64,000 bases of DNA from Vulcanimicrobiota bacterium. GTDB taxonomy: Bacteria; Vulcanimicrobiota; Vulcanimicrobiia; Vulcanimicrobiales; Vulcanimicrobiaceae. Shown piece after piece: positions 61,725 to 64,000 of this stretch. Both the position numbers and the translations under genes were made by a program. Below the pieces are notes generated by a model, which saw only the letters and a program-made list of their open reading frames with translations, was not told the origin of the DNA and searched no databases. Positions within the stretch are counted from its first letter, which is position 1. The number at the start of each line of letters is the position of its first letter. The DNA lies in contig CAWETW010000001.1 of NCBI GenBank assembly GCA_963812155.1, positions 576,001 to 640,000 of the forward strand. Reading direction: 5' to 3'.

Positions 61725-63317
61725 TCAGGGCTTCGGAAAGCACCCGTCCGGCGCGTTAATGGGCGGTGCCGTTGGGGTGGGCGGCGTGGCCGTCACGCCC
61801 ACCTCGACCGGATAGAACGAGCCGCCGTCGGTCATCGTCTCGAGCGTGGCGCGCGTTTGGCCCGGCGGCAACGTGAGCGCGGCGATTTGATACGGCACCG
61901 GCTGGCGCACGCAGCCCAGTTCGACGAGGCTCCCGTTGACGAGGAAGCTGGAGCGCGCGATGCCGGCAATCGGTCGAAAATACAGATAGGCGGTCGCCGC
62001 CGCGTCGCCGGGATTGGAGAGGTTGAGATCGACGCGGTGCGCGACGCCGTAGTCGCCGTAGTCGTGTCCGGGCGCGTTCGGATCGGCGCTCGGCGGCGTC
62101 GGTTCGCGGTCGCCGATGACGACCTTTGCGTCGGCGCCTCCGACAGCGTAGGTGAGACTATCGGATCCGAAGCCGTCGAGCCGGAAGACGCCGGTGCGCT
62201 GGTGGCCGTCGCCGGCCAGCGGCGCGCCGCCCAGGAGCGAGCGCGCATCGACGCCGGGCGACGCCGCCAGCACGGTCACCGTAATCGGTCCGCCGGAAAG
62301 CACCCGGAGGTCGACGCTTCCGGCCACGCCTTGCCGCGACGTCATCGGCGCGTCGCGCAGCGCGAACGGCGCGCCTTGCGCGACCTGCACTTCGATGCCT
62401 TCGTTCAGCGGTTTGCGCAGCAAGAAGTCGCGGCTGACCGTGTGCCCGACTTGCATCACGTCGATATTGGGGCCGGCGGGCGCGTCGACTAAGTGCACCT
62501 GCGCCGGATCGTCGCCCTCGGTGCTCAGCAGCACGACGATGCGCCGCGGATCGCCATAGTTGTCGTGGTAGTAGTAGAGGCGCGCGGGCGTTGCGGACGT
62601 CACCGTGCCGCGAAAGAGGACGCCGTCGGCGGTGACGTGTTCGGGATCGTCGTCGTAAAACAGCAGCGACGGAACGAACGGGGCGGCGGCGACGTTCTGC
62701 ACGTCTACCGTCGTCTGGCCGGTCTGGTCGAAGTAGCGCCCGTCGCTCGTGATTTGCACGGGAACGACGAACTGCTGCTGGGTTCCCGGAGCGAGCGGCT
62801 GGGCCGGCGCGTCGACGGCGCCGACGGCGGCTTGCGCGCCGGGAAGTGCCGGGGTGAGGCGCGCCACCCACGCGCGAACTTGGCGCGCGAGCCACGCGGG
62901 ATCGGCGGGATTGCCGGTGACGGTCAGCGCCGTCTGCGGCACGATCGTGCCGGCGTTGAACGCCACGCGAATCGGCACGTCGGCTTGGGCGCCGTTGGCG
63001 TCTGCGAGGTGCAGCACGTCCTCGCCGGTGGCTTGGCTTGCATCGATCGTGACGCTCGTCGCGCTCGGGTCGACGCTTACGGTGACGAGCTTGCGATCGA
63101 GCGTCGCGGTGAGCGGGGCGGTCGCGCCGCTTACGGTGACGACACGCTGCTGCGCCGGGTTGAGATTCACGGCGTTCGGCGTAACGCTCAGCGAGCCGGT
63201 TGGCGGTGCGCCCGGGAGCGGCGACGCGGTGGGCGCCGGCGATGCCGGCGCTTGGGGTGAAGGCGTCGCGGGCGCGGGCTGTGCGGCGAGGAGTCCGGCC
63301 ATCAACAGATGCAGCAT
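61725..63317 (-). CDS. Secreted hypothetical protein
   Basis: Signal peptide, Pro/Ala linker, beta-rich body, DDDPE and GDYGV. Confidence 0.8.
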   Translation of the reverse strand: MLHLLMAGLLAAQPAPATPSPQAPASPAPTASPLPGAPPTGSLSVTPNAVNLNPAQQRVVTVSGATAPLTATLDRKLVTVSVDPSATSVTIDASQATGEDVLHLADANGAQADVPIRVAFNAGTIVPQTALTVTGNPADPAWLARQVRAWVARLTPALPGAQAAVGAVDAPAQPLAPGTQQQFVVPVQITSDGRYFDQTGQTTVDVQNVAAAPFVPSLLFYDDDPEHVTADGVLFRGTVTSATPARLYYYHDNYGDPRRIVVLLSTEGDDPAQVHLVDAPAGPNIDVMQVGHTVSRDFLLRKPLNEGIEVQVAQGAPFALRDAPMTSRQGVAGSVDLRVLSGGPITVTVLAASPGVDARSLLGGAPLAGDGHQRTGVFRLDGFGSDSLTYAVGGADAKVVIGDREPTPPSADPNAPGHDYGDYGVAHRVDLNLSNPGDAAATAYLYFRPIAGIARSSFLVNGSLVELGCVRQPVPYQIAALTLPPGQTRATLETMTDGGSFYPVEVGVTATPPTPTAPPINAPDGCFPKP

Positions 63318-63372
63318 GGCGCTACTCTACGCGGCGCGATGAGTTTGCACCGCCTGGTTCGAACCCGCACGC

Positions 63373-63639
63373 ATGGCCGAATTTACGAGCTGGGATGCGT
63401 TCGATTGGAATGCCTTCGCGAAACTTCTTCCCAACGTGCCCGACGAGGTCGTCGTGCAAATGGTCCGAGCCGCGCCGCAGGGTGAGGCCGTTTTCGAGGC
63501 GTGGGAAAATGCGTGGAAGACGGCGACGGGCGCGATCGGCGTGCCGACCGAGAAGCTGGTCGCGAGCAATCGCGCGTTCCGATCGGTGATTGCGGCGTTC
63601 TACAAAGCCGAAGCGGCGCGGCGCGGTCTCGACGTCTGA
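63373..63639 (+). CDS. Hypothetical protein
   Basis: 88-aa ATG ORF ending 3 nt before next gene. Confidence 0.6.
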   Translation: MAEFTSWDAFDWNAFAKLLPNVPDEVVVQMVRAAPQGEAVFEAWENAWKTATGAIGVPTEKLVASNRAFRSVIAAFYKAEAARRGLDV

Positions 63640-63642
63640 CCC

Positions 63643-64000
63643 GTGGCGAAGGCGTTTCTCGACGATTTCGCCGTCGGCGAGACGTTTGAAACCGCGGAGC
63701 TGACGATTTCCGCCGACGAGAGCTTCGCGTTCGCGCGCGCCTTCGACCCGCAGCCGTTCCATCTGGATGCCGGCGCGGCCAAGCGCAGCGTGTTCGGAGA
63801 GCTCACGTGCAGCGGCTGGCACACGACGGCGGTAACGATGCGGCTGGTGGTCGAGTCGGGCGTCATGCGGGAAACCGGCATTATCGGCAGCGGCATCGAC
63901 GAACTGCGGTGGCTCGCGCCGGTGAAGCCTGGCGACACGTTACGCGTTCGCGGTGAAATCGTGGAGCGGATTCGCTCGGAGCGGCGCCCCGATCGCGGAA
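63643..64000 (+). CDS. MaoC-family dehydratase (runs off window)
   Basis: Manual translation: FARAFDPQPFHLD...FGELTCSGWHT...LRWLAPVKPGD. Confidence 0.9.
   Translation, partial: MAKAFLDDFAVGETFETAELTISADESFAFARAFDPQPFHLDAGAAKRSVFGELTCSGWHTTAVTMRLVVESGVMRETGIIGSGIDELRWLAPVKPGDTLRVRGEIVERIRSERRPDRG

Overview
GC-rich bacterial window. The gene style (two GloVer-repeat proteins, lipoprotein S53 peptidase and phosphoesterase, cyclase-NB-ARC-TPR) resembles Vulcanimicrobiota/Eremiobacterota; this is inference only. Four zones. (1) 1-6 kb: two very large uncharacterised proteins, followed by a 23-bp tRNA 3'-end (att-like) fragment overlapping a probable recombinase C-terminal remnant. (2) 6.2-15.2 kb: decayed mobile region with degenerate non-coding repeats interleaved with cargo (endonuclease VII, HEAT/NACHT-like NTPase, GloVer protein) and a truncated IS110 that keeps its structured non-coding end. 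(3) 15.2-39.1 kb: a compact accessory cluster and the best candidate for an undescribed system. It has three tandem DUF2589-like paralogs plus two distant look-alikes, a stand-alone I9-like protease inhibitor, an M43 metalloprotease and a BNR beta-propeller that both carry (SSSSDD)n tracts, two GT4 glycosyltransferases, and two apparent pseudo-enzymes (patatin and GH5 with substituted catalytic residues). (4) 39-64 kb: mostly ordinary genes (PLC, S53, M3, ECF sigma/anti-sigma, cyclases, GNATs, OsmC, RES-Xre TA, hutH, WYL, MaoC) with REP-like repeats and two candidate structured ncRNAs. Many genes between 8 and 39 kb are frameshifted, from either assembly indels or decay. All family calls come from motif recognition by eye; no searches were run.
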